A DNA stretch of 64,000 bases from Mustelus asterias. Taxonomy: Eukaryota. The stretch lies in assembly GCF_964213995.1 (NCBI RefSeq), contig NW_027590186.1, forward strand, positions 62,001-126,000, given 5' to 3'. Below are positions 59,662 to 64,000 of this stretch, in pieces (position 1 is the stretch's first letter; each line of letters opens with the position of its first letter). The notes beneath the pieces were generated by a model. The model searched no databases. It saw only the letters and a list, made by a program, of their open reading frames with translations, and was not told the DNA's origin. The position numbers and the translations under genes were made by a program.

Positions 59662-62600
59662 CAGAGTCATAGAGGTTAACAGCATGGAAACAGGCCCTTT
59701 GGCTCAACTTGTCCATGCTGCCCCTTTTTTTAAACGACTAAGCGAGTCCGAATTGCCCGCATTTGGCCCATATCCCTCGATAGCAATCTTGCTCGTAACT
59801 GTCTAAACGTTTTTCAAAAGACAAAATTGTACCCACCTCTACTACTACCTCTGGCAGCTTGTTCCAGACACTCGCCACCTCTGTGTGAAAAAGTTGCCCC
59901 TCTGGACCCTTTTGTATCTCTTCCCTCTCACCTTAAACCGAGGCACTCTAGTTTTAGACTTTGGGAAAAGTTATTGAGTATCTCACTGATCTATGCCCCT
60001 CATTATTTTATAGACCTCTATAAGATCACTCCAAAGCCTCCTACGCTCCAGAGGAAAAAGTCCCAGTCTATGCAGCCTATCCTTATAACTCAAACCATCA
60101 AGTCCTGGGAGCATCCTAATAAATCTTTTCTGCACTCTTTCTAGTTTAATAATATCTTTTCTATAATAGGGTGACCAGACCTGTATGCTGTATAACAAGT
60201 GTGGCCTTACCAATGTCTTGTGCAACTTCAACAAGACGTCCCAACTCCTGTATTCAGTGTTCTGACCAATGAAACCAAGCATGCCGAATGCCTTCTTCAC
60301 CACTCTGTCCACTCGTGGCTCCACTTTCAATGAGCTATGAACATGTACCCTTAGATCTCTTTGTTCTATAACTCTCCCCAATGCCCTATCATTAACTAAG
60401 TCCTATCCTGGTTCGATCTACCAAAATGCATCACCTCGCACTTATCTAAATTAAACTCCATCTGCCATTCGTCATCCCATTGGCCCAATTGATCAAGAAC
60501 CCATTGCAATCCGAGCTAACCATCTTCACTGTCCACTATGCCACCCACCTTGATGTCATCTGCAAACTTACTAATCACACCTCCTAAATTCTCATCCAAA
60601 TCATTAATATAAATGACAAATAACAGTGGACCCAGCACCGATCCCTGAGGCACACCACTGGTCACAGGCCTTCAGTTTGAAAAACAACCACCTACAATCA
60701 CCCTCTGTCTTCTGTCATCAAGCCAATTTTGTATCCATTTGGCTACTTCACCCTGGATCCCGTGAGATTTAATCTTATGCAACAACCTACCATGAAGTAC
60801 CATGTCAAAGGCCTTGCTAAAGTCCATGTAGACAACAACAACTGCACTGCCCTCATCTACCTTCTTGGTTACCCCTTCAAAAAACTCAATCAAACTTCTG
60901 AGACATGGTTTTCCACTCACAAAGCCATGCTGACTGTCCCTGATCAGTCCTTGTGTCTCTAAATGCCTGTACATCCTGTCTCTCAGAATACCTTCGACCA
61001 GCGTACCCACTACAGATGTGAGGCTCACCAGCCTGTAGTTCCCAGGCTTTTTCCTGCAGCCCTTTCTAAACAAAGGCACAACATTTGCCATCCTCCAATC
61101 TTCAGGCACCTCAGCTGTGGATGTCAATTCAAATATCTCTGCTCGGGGACTCGCAATTTCCTCCCGAGCCTCCCACAACGTCCTAGGACACACTTCATCA
61201 GGTCCTGGGGATTTATCTACCTTGATGTGCTTTAAAACTTCGAGCACATCCTTCTCTGTTCTGTGCACACTTCTCAAGACATCACTATTTATTTTCCCAA
61301 GTTCCCTAAACATCCATGCCTCAACAGTAAATACTGATGAGAAATATTCATTTAGGATCTCACCCATCTCTTGTGGATCCGCACATCGATGACCTTGTTG
61401 ACCCTTAAAAGACCCTACTCTCTATACTCTGTATTTGTAGAATCTCTGGATTCTCCTTTGCCTTATCTGCCAAAGCAATCTCATGTCCCCTTTTTGCTCG
61501 CCTGATTTCTCTCTTAACTGTACTCCTACACCCTCTATACACTTCAAGGGATACACTTGATCCCAGCTGCCTATACATGTCATGTGCCTCCTCCTTCTTC
61601 TTGACCAGGGCCTCAATATCCCAAGTCATCCAGGATTCCCTACTTCTACCAGCCTTGCCCCTCACTCAAAGAGGAATGTGCTTTTCCTGAACCCTGGTTA
61701 ACACACTTTTGAAAGTCTCCCACCTACCAGACGTCCCTTTACCTTCCCACAGACTCCCCCAATTAACTTTTGAAAGTTCCTGCCTGATACCATCAAAATT
61801 TAGAATTTTAACCTTTGGGCCTGACCAATCATTCTCTATAGCTATCTTAAAACTAATAGAATTATGGTCACTGGTCCCAAAGTGATCCCTCACTAACACT
61901 TCTGTCACCTGCCCTTCCTTATTTCCCAAGAGGAGGTCATGTTTTGCCCCCTCTCTAGTCGGGCCATCCACATACTGAATGAGAAATTCCTCCTGAATAC
62001 ATTCAACAAATTTCTCTCTATCCAACCCTCTCATACTATGGCTGTCCCAGTCAATGTTGAGAAAGTTAAAATCGCCGACTATTACCACCCTATTTTTTGG
62101 AACTATTTGTAATCTCCTTACATATTTGCTCCTCAATTTCCCGCTGACTATTTGGGGGCCTATAGTACATCCGTATCAAAGTGATTTTCCCCCTTCTTAC
62201 TTCTCAGTTCTACCCATATAGACTCAGTGGGCGAACCCTCGGATATATCCCCTCAGTACTGCTGTGATGTTTTCCCTCATCAAAAGTGCAACTCCCCCTC
62301 CTCTCTTACCTCCTGTTCTATCTTTCCTATAGCATCTGTACCCTGAAACATTGAGCTGCCAGTCTTGTCCCTCCCTCAGCCATGTTTCAGTAATAGCTAT
62401 AATATCCCAGTCCCACGTACCCATCCATGCCCTGAGTTCATCTGCCTTGCCTGTTAGGCCTCTTGCATTGAAATAAATGCAGTTTAATCTGGACTTCCCT
62501 TGCTCTCTGCTCTGCTTTTGACTGACCTGTCCAGTACTAGGATTACTGACACTGTCTTTACTATTTCATGTGCTCTCTTTAACTTCTGTCCTCAATCTTC

Positions 62601-62955
62601 TCTTCTGTCTCCCTATTGCTTTGGATCCCACCCCCCTGCCAAACTAGTTTAAACCCTCCCGAGTGGCTCTAGCAAATCTCCCCGCCAGGATGTTAGTCCC
62701 CCTCCAGTTCAGGTGTAACCTGTCCCTCTTGAACAGGTCACCCCTTCCCCAGAAGAGATCCCAATGATCCACAAATCTAAATCCCTGCCTCCTGCACCAG
62801 CTCTCAAGCCAGGCATTCATCTGCCTAATCTTCCTATTCCTACTCTCACTAACATGTGGCACCGGCAGTAATCCAGAAATTACTACCTTCGAGGTCTTGC
62901 ACTGTAGTCTGCTGCCTAACTCACTAAATTCACTCTTCAGGACCTCATCCTTTTT
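59662..62955 (-). mobile_element. Long degenerate CR1: ORF1 esterase C-terminus, ORF2 endonuclease and RT, 3' tail
   Basis: 62644..62961 SKVVISGLLPVP..DRLHLNWRG (SGNH-type); 62224..62424 IAITETWL; 61666..62136 VGDFN..SDHN; 60672..61367 RT. Confidence 0.93.
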
Positions 62956-63545
62956 CACCATGTATGTGAAAACTTTCCCCGCATGTTTCCCCGAACCTCA
63001 TCACCTCTCACCTTGTGCCCTCTTGTAGTCGACCCTTCTTCCCTGGGGAAAAGCCTCTGACAATCCACCCTACATTTGCTTCTCATAGTTTTGTGGAGGT
63101 CACTCCTCAGCATCCGTCTTTCCAGTGAAAACAATCTGAACTTGTCCAACCTCTTCTTGTACCTTAAATCCTCCAGAACAGCAACATACCCTTTGACCCT
63201 CAGGAAAGGCTAGGGCTGTTTTTCTCTGGGACAGAGAAGACTGAAGGGTGACCTGATGCAACTCTTTAAGATTATGAAGGGGTTCAACATTCCAATAGGG
63301 ATTTCAGTGAGAAACCTCTTTACCCAGCGAGTGGTGAGAATGTGGAACTCACTATCACAGTGAGTGGTTGAGGTGAACAGCATGAATACATTGAAGGGGA
63401 AGCTCGATACATACATGAGGGAGAAAGGAATAGAAGGATATGCTGATGGGGGAGATGAAGAGGGGTGGGTGGAGGCTCATGTGGAGCATAAATACTGACA
63501 CAGACCAATTGGGCCGACTGGCCTGCCCTGTGCTGTAGACTCAAT
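62956..63545. mobile_element. Two short CR1 3' fragments (62956-63190 minus; 63208-63545 plus)
   Basis: LFSLERRMLRSDL and FTQRVVRMWNSL motifs. Confidence 0.7.
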
Positions 63546-63837
63546 GGAACAGAGACAAATGTATTTATTTTAGATCTACCTGTAGCGATAGGAAAAACAT
63601 TATTTACTATCCAGGATAAAATAAATGTCCTTCATCAACTTTTGTGGATCATTTCAGTGGAAATGTGCTCTCCCAGGCTCAAAGAGCATCTGCCCACTGG
63701 AAGCAAAGTTGTGAGACCGGCCAGTCCAGCAGAAAGAAGCTCGCTGACTCTCCCATTTCACCAACTGTCAGAATGAACATGGTTCAGTCCTGGATCTGAT
63801 CAACAGCAGCAATAACAGCAGAATCCAACCACCGTAA

Positions 63838-64000
63838 TCAATTATGAACTCGCTGGTGTCTCAGCAGGGTAGATGACTGAGTGAATTCTTTCCCACAGTC
63901 AGAGCAGGTGAATGGTCTCTCCCCAGTGTGGACTTGCTGGTGTCTTCTCAGGTTGGACAAATCTCGGAACTGCTTCCCACAATCAGAGCAGGTAAATGGT
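63838..64000 (-). CDS. 3' end of a further C2H2 ZNF gene (ZNF-J), extends beyond the window
   Basis: [53 protein letters not shown], followed by the family 3' UTR. Confidence 0.85.
   Translation of the reverse strand, partial: PFTCSDCGKQFRDLSNLRRHQQVHTGERPFTCSDCGKEFTQSSTLLRHQRVHN

Overview
Vertebrate DNA, most likely from a cartilaginous fish (shark): it carries HE1/V-SINE-type SINEs, CR1, Rex1, L2, RTE, Tx1 and Penelope-type retroelement fragments, and a shark-type TCR V segment. At the left end is one apparently intact T-cell receptor alpha/delta-type V segment (minus strand; leader exon, 85-nt intron, V exon, 23-bp-spacer RSS, CRE/CCAAT/TATA promoter). The rest is a cluster of about 11 KRAB-less C2H2 zinc-finger genes and pseudogenes in both orientations. 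The ZNF genes share a duplicated unit: a CpG promoter cassette bounded by inverted NRF1-like motifs, a conserved splice acceptor, a stop-riddled fossil linker plus three fossil fingers, an ATG that sits in a finger linker (TGEKP to TMEKP), the finger array, and a conserved tail gated by CGA/TGA. Also present: a tRNA-Val pseudogene with GAC anticodon next to a Tx1 5' end, Penelope-derived fold-back insertions with minimal hammerhead-ribozyme cores, a solo LTR with a 4-bp TSD, and a 37-bp minisatellite. Family assignments are by recognition only (no database search), and repeat boundaries are approximate.
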